Shown here: piece by piece, positions 16,726 to 24,580 of the stretch
How the letters are laid out: each line of letters opens with the position of its first letter
How positions within the stretch are numbered: position 1 is the first letter of the stretch
Origin: Patescibacteria group bacterium
GTDB lineage: Bacteria > Patescibacteriota > Patescibacteriia > UBA2591 > UBA4787
DNA: 26,955 nt
Reading direction: 5' to 3'
NCBI GenBank assembly: GCA_038063835.1
Contig: JBBTUI010000065.1
Coordinates: 1-26,955 of the forward strand
Position numbers and translations under genes: made by a program
Notes under the pieces: generated by a model
What the model was told of the DNA's origin: nothing
Seen by the model: the letters and a program-made list of their open reading frames with translations, nothing else
Databases searched by the model: none

Positions 16726-19447
16726 TAGTAATAACTCCGCCTTTATCTAAAATCGCCGTATCTCGCCGGCCGATTTGGCCAGCTAAAAGAAATTTAGCCA
16801 AAGAATCGTTTATTTTCTCTTGGATAACCCTTTTAAGCGGCCGGGCGCCAAAAATCGGGTCAAACCCAAGCTGGGCCAATTCTTCTAAGGCCACATCAGT
16901 AACTTTTAAAGTAATGCCTTTTTCCGCCAATTGTTTGGCTGTTCCTTTCACCAATAAAGAAGCAATTTGCTTAATTTCGATTTGGGTCAACGGTTTAAAA
17001 ACTATAACTCCGTCAAAACGGTTAAGAAACTCCGGTCTGAAATATTCATTTAATTTTTCTTCAAGCAGTTTTTTGCGCAATTCCGCAAAAGGCATATTAT
17101 TGCGCGTTGATTCTTGGATAAAAATTGAACCGGCATTTGAGGTAGCGATCAAAACCACATTTGTAAAATCAATAGTTCGGCCCAAGGCATCGGTCAAACG
17201 ACCATCGTCCATCACCTGCAAAAAAACATTTAGAATATCCGGGTGGGCCTTTTCAATTTCATCTAATAGAACCAGCGAGAAAGGATTTTGGCGAACCGCT
17301 TCAATAAAATAACCTGATTCGCCCGAACCCGGCACGCCGATTAAACGATAGATGCTCGCCTTATCTTGATATTCGCTCATATCCAAACGGATCATTTTAT
17401 TTTCGTCGCCGAAATAGACGCTGGCCACAGTTTTGGCCAACTCGGTTTTACCAACGCCGGTCGGTCCCAAAAACAACAGATTGGTAATTGGTTTTTTGGG
17501 ATTTCTTAATTCCGTGCGCGCCCGGCGCAAAGCCGCGGCCACCATTTTTACCGCCTCGTCCTGGCCAATAATTCTTTCATGTATTCGCTCTTCTATGTCG
17601 AGGAGTTTCTCGCTCTCGCTTTCGGTTAATTTGGTCAATGGGATATTGGTTTTTTCCGCCACCAAAGCCGACAAATCTTCAGCTACCACTACATTTTGTT
17701 TGCCGCGTTTATTGCGCACAAAAACTGAAGCCTCATTTAAGAGATTAATGGCTTTGTCGGGCAAAAAACGATCATATATATAACGAGTGGAAAGAATATA
17801 GGCTTGTTTAATGGCGCTATAAGAAAAATAAACTTGCTCTTTGGATTCAATATTCGCCACATTAGCCTCTAAGATTTGAATGGTTGTGTTTTTGTCCGGC
17901 TCTTCAATATTGATTTTTTGCAAGACCTCACCCAATGATCGGTTCTCAATAACGCGAGTATAGTCATTGGGCGTCGTAGTGGCTAAAACTATCAAAAGGC
18001 GTTTTTTGATCGCGTCAGCCAAAATCTCTGAAATATCCAATTCTCCTTGCGTGGTTTTCACGCCCACGATATTTTGGATATTTGAAATAAATAAAATAAT
18101 ATTTCCTGAGCGGTTAATTTCGCTTAAAATAAACTGTAAGCGCTGTTCGATCTCACCCGACTGGGAAGCGCCGGCTATCAAATCTGAAATATTCAAACTT
18201 ACCAGGCGTTTGTCCTGAAAAACCTTGGGCATATCTTCGGTTGCCATGCGCCTAGCCAGTCCATTGATTATTGTAGTTCGACCGACGCCGGGCTGGCCGA
18301 CCAAAACGACTCCGCACCCGCCTCCTTCAATCGCCCGTAAAATTGAATCTTGCTCTTTTTCTCTGTCAATGCATATTTTAAAATAACCCGCCCGCGCCGA
18401 TAAAGTTAAATCTTGGCTATACAAATCCAAATTCGGAGTAGCAACGGCAGTCATAGCTCGGTTCATACCGCTCTTGGGCTTAAATCTCGCTAAACCGGCA
18501 AATCTTTTCCACTCTTGATACAATTGATTATAAATTTCTATCCAAACTACCACATTGCGTATATCATCAACCGCAACGCTAAAATCATATAGAATGTCTT
18601 TAACCGGCCCCTCTTGTACGCTTAAACTCTCTAAAATTTGCAAAGAGTCAATTTCTTTTATTTTTTTATCGCTGGCTAAACCATAGGCCTGAACAAATAC
18701 TTCTTTAGTCTCTTTAGAAATTATCGGGACGGTTAAAATCTTGTTTTGGACCGGCAATTTACTTAAGGCTGTGGAGATTTTTGTTTGCATTTTGGACCAA
18801 TCAAAACCCAGGCGCATTAAAGCTAAATTGACCTTGGAAACGGAGAAACTGACCGCGAAAAGATGAATCGGCATCAAATGGTCATGCCCCATTTTCCTCG
18901 CTAAACCCATAGCCTTTAAGAACATTTGCTCGGCCTCTTGCGAAAGCGCGTCAGTAGCGTTAATTTTAATCTTACGGCTCAAGCGTTCAATCTCTTCCCA
19001 TGTCGCCGGCAGATTGGGAATCGATCTGACAGTTTTCGGCCAAATTTTTCTTTTTTCTTCACTTTTACGAGTAAGACTATAATATAAAAAACAATCTGTA
19101 ATTATTGACAGCCAGAAAATAATTAATAAGCTTTGCTGGTTATGATTCAAATCAATTAAACCAAAAAAGTTGATATTATTTAACCAAGGGGCATCAAAAC
19201 GAAGAAAAAACTTGAGAATCGCCAATAAACCAACTAGGCCGTATAAAAATAAAATGGCTTCTATAAGAAAAACAACTACTCTCTTAATATGGAATAGCCA
19301 AATTTGCCAGCCCATGTAAGCTCGGCGAAAATACACCAAAAAACCGCCAGCCCAAGCATAAAGACCAGCCCGACGACAAACAAGGCAGATTTTTTTATCA
19401 GCCGAGTATCCGGAACCGTCGCATTTTGGACAATAAATAAAATCCAT
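16703..19447 (-). CDS. ClpA/B/C-family AAA+ ATPase with N-terminal Zn finger, TM helices and a degenerate D1
   Basis: CPKCDGSG...CLVC, two hydrophobic segments, Clp_N-like repeats. D1 has GQPGVGRTT / ILFISNIQ. D2 has GPTGVGKTE / LLDEIEKAH / FRPEFLNRFD / GARPLKR. Confidence 0.9.
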   Translation of the reverse strand: MDFIYCPKCDGSGYSADKKICLVCRRAGLYAWAGGFLVYFRRAYMGWQIWLFHIKRVVVFLIEAILFLYGLVGLLAILKFFLRFDAPWLNNINFFGLIDLNHNQQSLLIIFWLSIITDCFLYYSLTRKSEEKRKIWPKTVRSIPNLPATWEEIERLSRKIKINATDALSQEAEQMFLKAMGLARKMGHDHLMPIHLFAVSFSVSKVNLALMRLGFDWSKMQTKISTALSKLPVQNKILTVPIISKETKEVFVQAYGLASDKKIKEIDSLQILESLSVQEGPVKDILYDFSVAVDDIRNVVVWIEIYNQLYQEWKRFAGLARFKPKSGMNRAMTAVATPNLDLYSQDLTLSARAGYFKICIDREKEQDSILRAIEGGGCGVVLVGQPGVGRTTIINGLARRMATEDMPKVFQDKRLVSLNISDLIAGASQSGEIEQRLQFILSEINRSGNIILFISNIQNIVGVKTTQGELDISEILADAIKKRLLIVLATTTPNDYTRVIENRSLGEVLQKINIEEPDKNTTIQILEANVANIESKEQVYFSYSAIKQAYILSTRYIYDRFLPDKAINLLNEASVFVRNKRGKQNVVVAEDLSALVAEKTNIPLTKLTESESEKLLDIEERIHERIIGQDEAVKMVAAALRRARTELRNPKKPITNLLFLGPTGVGKTELAKTVASVYFGDENKMIRLDMSEYQDKASIYRLIGVPGSGESGYFIEAVRQNPFSLVLLDEIEKAHPDILNVFLQVMDDGRLTDALGRTIDFTNVVLIATSNAGSIFIQESTRNNMPFAELRKKLLEEKLNEYFRPEFLNRFDGVIVFKPLTQIEIKQIASLLVKGTAKQLAEKGITLKVTDVALEELAQLGFDPIFGARPLKRVIQEKINDSLAKFLLAGQIGRRDTAILDKGGVITIEKGEVF

Positions 19448-19454
19448 ACCAAGT

Positions 19455-19569
19455 TTAATTTAAAATTCAAAAATCAAAAATTAAAATGACAAATCAAAAT
19501 GTAAAATTATCAGTATTATTCGTTAAATTCCAAGCTCTAAATTCCATATTCTAAATTCCAAATTCTATT
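19455..19569. repeat. 7-nt-period tandem arrays
   Basis: aaaattc aaaaatc aaaaatt aaaatga...; tctaaat tccatat tctaaat tccaaat tcta. Confidence 0.7.
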
Positions 19570-19920
19570 CTATTTTATTAATTGATAAACCGCGTAAGGC
19601 AAAATAGCAAGCCAAGCGAAAAATAATACCAACAATATTGCCGCGCCAATTATAAATAATATTAAATAAACCACTAATTGCAGAACGCGCATAAAAAAAC
19701 TGATGATTCTTCCGCTAAACGAATATTGACCGAACATTGGCTTAAACATATTTGCCAATAACAAACGGAGCGCCAAAGAGCGCGCTAATTTATAAACATT
19801 ATCGCGCAAAGAAAATGCGGCATTTTTTAAACCTTTCGTATACCACCAAATCGGAAAATACAAAATTTCTAAAAGCGGGTTGATGATAGTAAATTTTACG
19901 AAAGACGCGAATGAATACAT
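19570..19920 (-). CDS. Hypothetical membrane protein upstream of the Clp ATPase
   Basis: 116 aa, hydrophobic, with YFPIWWYTKG and FKPMFGQY; same orientation as its neighbours. Confidence 0.75.
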   Translation of the reverse strand: MYSFASFVKFTIINPLLEILYFPIWWYTKGLKNAAFSLRDNVYKLARSLALRLLLANMFKPMFGQYSFSGRIISFFMRVLQLVVYLILFIIGAAILLVLFFAWLAILPYAVYQLIK

Positions 19921-19924
19921 GAAA

Positions 19925-20077
19925 AATTGAATTATGAATTATGAATTATGATATTGAAACTTGTAGCTTCGTGCTTTACGCTCCACGTTTTGCGCTTTGC
20001 GCTCTCCGCCCAAGGCGGATCCGCCTCTGGCGGACAAGCTCCATGTTCCAAGTTTCAAGATTCTATTTTCTACTTTA
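19925..20077. repeat. Composite repeat mosaic with tandem REP-like palindromes
   Basis: gaattat x3 and tttgcgc x2, then tccgcccaaggcgga (20005-20019) abutting tccgcctctggcgga (20020-20034), then ccaagtttcaag and ttctattttctact. Confidence 0.8.
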
Positions 20078-20106
20078 CCAATTTTGTTTAATTTTCACAA
20101 TGTATA

Positions 20107-20859
20107 TCAAGAAGATGGTTTTACGCTCTTGTCTCCGCTATGCAACTTCTTAAAGCTTAACTTTTGTTGAACAATGGTTAAAACTAGGCCGATTAACCAG
20201 TATAACATCAAACCGCTAGGCAAACCCAAGCCGATAAAAACCGTTAAAATGGGCATCATAAAAATCATTTGCTTGTTCATAATCGCCATTACGGTTTCAT
20301 CTTTAGCGCCTTCTTTTTTGGCGATATTCGGAAGAGGCTGTATAGTTGTCAGCATTTTTCCCTGCCAATATTGAAGAAGCCCGGTAATCAATGTTAAAAT
20401 TAGATTGGGTTTTGATAAATCTAAAACTCCAAAAGAAAGAACATTCAAAACGCCGGGATTATGGATAAAGCTGTAAAGATCAATAGCTAAATTTTTAGAA
20501 ATAAGGCCGTTACGGAAAACCTGATAAACCGCCAATAAAATTGGCAGTTGAATCAGTAATAAAAAAATGGAAGAAAAAGGATTAACTTTATTTTCTTTAT
20601 AGATAGCCATAGTCGCCTGAGCTAATTTGGACGGGTCTTTCTTGTATTTTTCCTTTAGAGCGCTAATTTTTGGTTGAATAGCTTGCATCGCTTTTTGCGA
20701 TCTTAAAGCTTTTTCTGATAATGGCCAGAGAACGAGGCGGATTACCAAGGTTAACAATAAAATCGCCAGACCCAAATCAGCGAACGGAAAAATATTATAA
20801 AAAAAGACCAGCAAATTAAGCAGCGGGCGATAAAGTACTTCGTTAAAAAGATGGATCAT
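20107..20859 (-). CDS. yidC: Membrane protein insertase YidC/Oxa1 (short form)
   Basis: LGLAILLLTLVIRLVLWPL, MQAIQPKI..LKEKYK, YKENKVNPF, LLIQLPIL, LPSGLMLYW. Confidence 0.95.
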   Translation of the reverse strand: MIHLFNEVLYRPLLNLLVFFYNIFPFADLGLAILLLTLVIRLVLWPLSEKALRSQKAMQAIQPKISALKEKYKKDPSKLAQATMAIYKENKVNPFSSIFLLLIQLPILLAVYQVFRNGLISKNLAIDLYSFIHNPGVLNVLSFGVLDLSKPNLILTLITGLLQYWQGKMLTTIQPLPNIAKKEGAKDETVMAIMNKQMIFMMPILTVFIGLGLPSGLMLYWLIGLVLTIVQQKLSFKKLHSGDKSVKPSS

Positions 20860-20861
20860 AT

Positions 20862-20905
20862 AATTAGAATTATGAATTTAGAATATAGAATTTAGAATTT
20901 AGAAG
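20862..20905. repeat. 7-nt-period tandem array upstream of yidC
   Basis: gaattat gaattta gaatata gaattta gaattta gaagc. Confidence 0.8.
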
Positions 20906-20922
20906 CTTGCCTGCCCCTCCGA

Positions 20923-20940
20923 ATCCGCCAGCTGGCGGAT
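20923..20940. repeat. REP-like palindrome ATCCGCCAGCTGGCGGAT
   Basis: Perfect 18-bp palindrome. Confidence 0.88.
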
Positions 20941-20987
20941 CGGAAATGAAAATAAAATTTTCATTTCTCTCGCTCGCTTGATAATAA
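20940..20987 (-). repeat. Hairpin element, copy 2 (overlaps the rnpA 3' end)
   Basis: tcg-gaaatgaaaat-aaa-attttcatttc-tctcgctcgcttgataataa; same frame as 2801-2847 with a different stem core. Confidence 0.8.
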
Positions 20988-21320
20988 ATTCATTTTTTTA
21001 AAAGCCTTATAAATTGATTCTTTTAATTCCAAAAATTTAATGGATTTTATCGGCTGACGAGCAATAAAAACAAAATCATAACCGGTAGAAATATCACTCA
21101 CTAAGCCGCGAACAATTTCCCTCATAATTCTTTTAAGATAGTTTCGGCGCGGGGCTAATTTAGAGATTCTTTTGGAAACGACAAAACCGAAACGGGAGAA
21201 AGGTTCGTCTCCTCTTTTAAAACTTCTGATGACTAAAAATGGCAAAACCAAAGACCGGCCGAACTGGGCTACCTTAGCAAAATCGCGTTCTTTGGTCAAC
21301 CGATTAATCTTAGAAAGCAT
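20961..21320 (-). CDS. rnpA: Ribonuclease P protein component
   Basis: MLSKINRLTKERDF, RFGFVVSKRISKLAPRRNYLKRIMRE, GYDFVFIAR; position between rpmH and yidC. Confidence 0.95.
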   Translation of the reverse strand: MLSKINRLTKERDFAKVAQFGRSLVLPFLVIRSFKRGDEPFSRFGFVVSKRISKLAPRRNYLKRIMREIVRGLVSDISTGYDFVFIARQPIKSIKFLELKESIYKAFKKMNLLSSEREK

Positions 21321-21330
21321 GAGGGAAAAG

Positions 21331-21468
21331 CTAAGCGGTTAATTTCTTTCTCTTTTTGGCGCGGCGCCTAGACAAAACCTGGCGACCACTCTTCGTGAGC
21401 ATTCTTTTTAAAAATCCGTGGGTGCGCGCTCTTTTCCTTTTTTTAGGCTGATAAGTTCTTTTTGGCAT
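21331..21468 (-). CDS. rpmH: 50S ribosomal protein L34
   Basis: Not in the ORF track. Manual translation gives [45 protein letters not shown] (45 aa). Confidence 0.97.
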   Translation of the reverse strand: MPKRTYQPKKRKRARTHGFLKRMLTKSGRQVLSRRRAKKRKKLTA

Positions 21469-21484
21469 AATATTTTTCTTACTA

Positions 21485-22279
21485 TTAAATTAATATTTCT
21501 TCATCGCAACGCGTAATCTTCTTAGATAAATGACTTTTGTCGTCTATTTCGATTAAAACCGCGTTGATAGTCGTTTGTCCTTCTTGGGGTGAAATTAAGG
21601 GTTCTGGAATTTGCGTTAAATACGAGCGAATAATGCCTTCTTTGGCGGCGCCAATAACTGAATCGCTGGCACCGACCATCCCGATATCGGTAACATAGGC
21701 AGTGCCTTTGGGTAAAATTTTATTGTCGGCGGTGGGTATGTGCGTATGAGTGCCAACCACCGCGGAAACTCTTCCGTCTAGCCAATAACCAAAAGCCACT
21801 TTTTCCGAAGTTGCTTCGGCGTGAAAATCGATAATAATAATATTTTTCTTTAGACTAGCTTTGGTCTTTTTTAAAACCTCTTCGACCTTGCGAAAAGGAC
21901 AATCAAGGGTGGGTCTTAAAAAAACTCTGCCCAAAAGATTGATTAATAAAATATTCTGTTTGTCTTTTTTTATAATCACATAACCTTGACCCGGAGTATC
22001 TTCCGGATAATTCGCCGGCCTGATAACTGGCATTTTTTTATTAATCACCTCTATCACATCTTTTCTGGCAAAAAAATGATTTCCGTTGGTCAAATAATCA
22101 ACACCGGCGTCTAAAACTTCTTTAACGGTTTTGGGCGTCATGCCTTTTAAATGAGCTAAATTTTCGCCATTAGCTAAAATCAAATCCGGTTTATACCGTT
22201 TTTTATATTGCGGTATAGCTTTTTTAATGGCCTGGCGTCCCAGACCGCCCATAATATCCCCGAAAAATAATATTTTCAT
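21485..22279 (-). CDS. ymdB: YmdB-like (TIGR00282) metallophosphoesterase
   Basis: [40 protein letters not shown]; lies downstream of rny. Confidence 0.93.
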   Translation of the reverse strand: MKILFFGDIMGGLGRQAIKKAIPQYKKRYKPDLILANGENLAHLKGMTPKTVKEVLDAGVDYLTNGNHFFARKDVIEVINKKMPVIRPANYPEDTPGQGYVIIKKDKQNILLINLLGRVFLRPTLDCPFRKVEEVLKKTKASLKKNIIIIDFHAEATSEKVAFGYWLDGRVSAVVGTHTHIPTADNKILPKGTAYVTDIGMVGASDSVIGAAKEGIIRSYLTQIPEPLISPQEGQTTINAVLIEIDDKSHLSKKITRCDEEILI

Positions 22280-22307
22280 TGTCTTGAAATTTGAAACTTA
22301 ATATTTA

Positions 22308-22316
22308 ATTATAGCA
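22308..22316 (-). promoter_or_regulatory. Extended -10 promoter (TGcTATAAT) upstream of ymdB
   Basis: The minus strand reads tttgTGcTATAATtaaatatt; there is no good -35. Confidence 0.55.
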
Positions 22317-22324
22317 CAAAATAA

Positions 22325-23842
22325 TTATCTGGCGAACTCAATAATTCTGTTTTCTCTGATAACAGTGACTTTAATTTCTCCCGGATATTTAAGTTCCGCT
22401 TCAATGCGATCAGCGATCTGACGAGCCAGCTTGGCCGCTTCTAAATCGTTTATTTCCTGCGGCACCACAAAGACCCTTAATTCGCGGCCGGCCTGAATAG
22501 CGTAAACTTTTTCCACGCCGGCAAAACTTTTGGCCACACCCTCAAGATCTTCCAATCTCTTAATAAAATCTTCGTAATTGTCTTTTCTGGCGCCCAAACG
22601 CGAAGCTGACAAGGCATCAGCTACTTTGACAATTACCGCTTCCAGTGTCGGCGGGTGATCTTCGTGATGAGTCGCGATAGGAATAATTATTTTCTCCGGG
22701 AAACCAAATTTTTTCATCAAGTCTTGCCCGATAGCGGGATGAGTTCCTTCTACCTCATGATCAACCGCTTTTCCGATATCATGGAAAAATCCAGCTTTTT
22801 TGGCCACAAATTCGTCGGCGCCCAATTCGGTGGCTAAAATTTCCGAAAGATTAGCCACTTCGATTGAATGCTGTAAAACATTTTGGCCGTAACTTGTCCG
22901 ATATTTTAAACGGCCAATTAAAGTGACAAGCTTCGGGTCAAGGCCGGTGATGCCTACCTGATAGGCGGCGTCTTCTCCGGCAGAACGAATATCTTGCACT
23001 AACTCTTTTTTGGCATCTTCTACTACTTTCTCTATGCGCGCCGGTTGAATGCGCCCGTCCAAAATTAATTTTTCTAAGACCATTTTTGCCAATTGGCGAC
23101 GGATTGGATTAAAGCCGGAAATGAAAATAGCGCCGGGCGTATCATCAACTATTATTTCCACGCCTGTTAATTGCTCTATGGCCTTAATATTCCGACCTTC
23201 GCGGCCGATGATCCGACCCTTTAAGTCATCAGAAGAAATATTAACCGTGCTCGTCGTTCTTTCAGTGGCATGAGAAGTGGCAATTCTTTCCATAGCTAAA
23301 CTCATTACTTCGCGCGCCTTTTTCTCATACAAATCGCTTCCCGCCCGTTCTACTTTTTTCAAGCGCTCTAAAATTACTTCTTGATTGTCTTTCTCTATTT
23401 TTTCTAAAAGAAAATTAATGGCCTCTTCTTCGGTCATTCCTGAAATCTCTTCTAATTTAGCGATGGCCTCTTCGTGTAATTCCCTAATTCTTGATTTTAT
23501 TTCTTCTAATTTAGAAGCTTTTTCGCTTAATTGCTGTTGTTTTTCTTCTAATTCCAGTAATTTCTTGTCAAATAAACTTTCTCTTTTTTCTAAACGATCG
23601 GTCAAGGCCCTAAGTTCTTTCCTTCGGCTGATTTCTTCGCGTTTGGCTTCATCAATAACTTTCATCGCCTCTTCGCGCGCGTTGAACAACAATTCTTGTT
23701 GTTTATTTTTCGCGCTTTTAATAATTTCTTCTACTTGCGCTTCGGCGGTCGCGGCTTTTTTTAGGGCGACTAAACGCCTAATCCAATAACCCAATCCCAT
23801 GCCAAGGATTAAACCGCCGATTGTCAAAATAATATTCTGCAT
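22325..23842 (-). CDS. rny: Ribonuclease Y
   Basis: N-terminal TM helix, coiled coil, KH domain (KGRIIGREGRNI), HD domain (HSIEVA...FHDIGK), and C-terminal YAIQAGRELRV. Confidence 0.97.
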   Translation of the reverse strand: MQNIILTIGGLILGMGLGYWIRRLVALKKAATAEAQVEEIIKSAKNKQQELLFNAREEAMKVIDEAKREEISRRKELRALTDRLEKRESLFDKKLLELEEKQQQLSEKASKLEEIKSRIRELHEEAIAKLEEISGMTEEEAINFLLEKIEKDNQEVILERLKKVERAGSDLYEKKAREVMSLAMERIATSHATERTTSTVNISSDDLKGRIIGREGRNIKAIEQLTGVEIIVDDTPGAIFISGFNPIRRQLAKMVLEKLILDGRIQPARIEKVVEDAKKELVQDIRSAGEDAAYQVGITGLDPKLVTLIGRLKYRTSYGQNVLQHSIEVANLSEILATELGADEFVAKKAGFFHDIGKAVDHEVEGTHPAIGQDLMKKFGFPEKIIIPIATHHEDHPPTLEAVIVKVADALSASRLGARKDNYEDFIKRLEDLEGVAKSFAGVEKVYAIQAGRELRVFVVPQEINDLEAAKLARQIADRIEAELKYPGEIKVTVIRENRIIEFAR

Positions 23843-23926
23843 ATCTTCAATTTTATTTAATTAATTTTTTAACAAAAACTGACCGATTTTCTCGGCTTTT
23901 GAAAAAAGAATCTTGTGCGGTAAAAA

Positions 23927-24505
23927 TTATTTGTGGATAATTTTGTCGACGATGCCGTAACGCTTGGCTTCTTCGGCGGACATAAAGAAATCGCGATCCG
24001 TGTCTTTTTCTATCTTTGTTAAAGGTTGATCCGTGTGTTTAGCCAAAATTTTATTAATTTGATCGCGCACTTTAAGAATATGCTCGGCTCTAATTTTAAT
24101 GTCTGTCGCCTGTCCTTCAAATCCGCCCATCACCTGATGAATCATAATCTCAGCATTCGGCAGAGCCAATCGTTTGCCTTTAGCGCCGGCGCTTAATAAA
24201 ACCGCGCCCATTGAAGCGGCCGTGCCAACGCAAATAGTCATAACATCCGGCTTGATGTATTGCATGGTATCATAAATCGCCATTCCGGCCGTCACTGAAC
24301 CACCCGGGGTGTTAACATAAAGCTTGATGTCGCGGCTCTTGTCCTCGCTTTCCAGAAATAAAAACTGCGCGATTACCGTATTAGCGATCGCATCGTCGAT
24401 CATGTCTCCTAAAAAAATAATTCTTTCTTTCAAAAGACGAGAATAAATATCATAAGCTCGTTCTCCGTGAGTTGATTTTTCAATTACTGTTGGAACGAGA
24501 TACAT
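23927..24505 (-). CDS. clpP: ATP-dependent Clp protease proteolytic subunit
   Basis: [31 protein letters not shown] (Ser), IMIHQ (His), DRDFFMS (Asp). Confidence 0.98.
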   Translation of the reverse strand: MYLVPTVIEKSTHGERAYDIYSRLLKERIIFLGDMIDDAIANTVIAQFLFLESEDKSRDIKLYVNTPGGSVTAGMAIYDTMQYIKPDVMTICVGTAASMGAVLLSAGAKGKRLALPNAEIMIHQVMGGFEGQATDIKIRAEHILKVRDQINKILAKHTDQPLTKIEKDTDRDFFMSAEEAKRYGIVDKIIHK

Positions 24506-24551
24506 AATAACTATGCTTTATTAAACTTTATTAAATTAATTAGATTAAGAT

Positions 24552-24580
24552 ATTGTAGAACATCCAAGGGGGGTTGTCAA
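24552..24580 (-). promoter_or_regulatory. Sigma70 promoter for clpP
   Basis: TTGACA (24575-24580, overlapping the murC stop), 17-nt spacer, TACAAT (24552-24557). Confidence 0.75.

Noticed and set aside
12866-18218. Plus-strand ORFs antisense to gtrA, S8, mltG and the Clp ATPase
   Set aside because: Shadow ORFs with no motifs.
19276-20374. Small ORFs 19276..19470, 19304..19489, 19941..20153 and 20174..20374
   Set aside because: They are translations of microsatellite or palindrome DNA, or overlap real genes.
9597-20905. Possible CRISPR array among the intergenic repeats
   Set aside because: There are no constant 23-47 nt repeats with unique, evenly sized spacers, and no cas genes.
23932-23940. 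Perfect DnaA box (TTATCCACA on the minus strand) near the rpmH cluster
   Set aside because: It is a single copy inside the clpP coding end (IIHK). I saw no box cluster or dnaA, so oriC is not supported.
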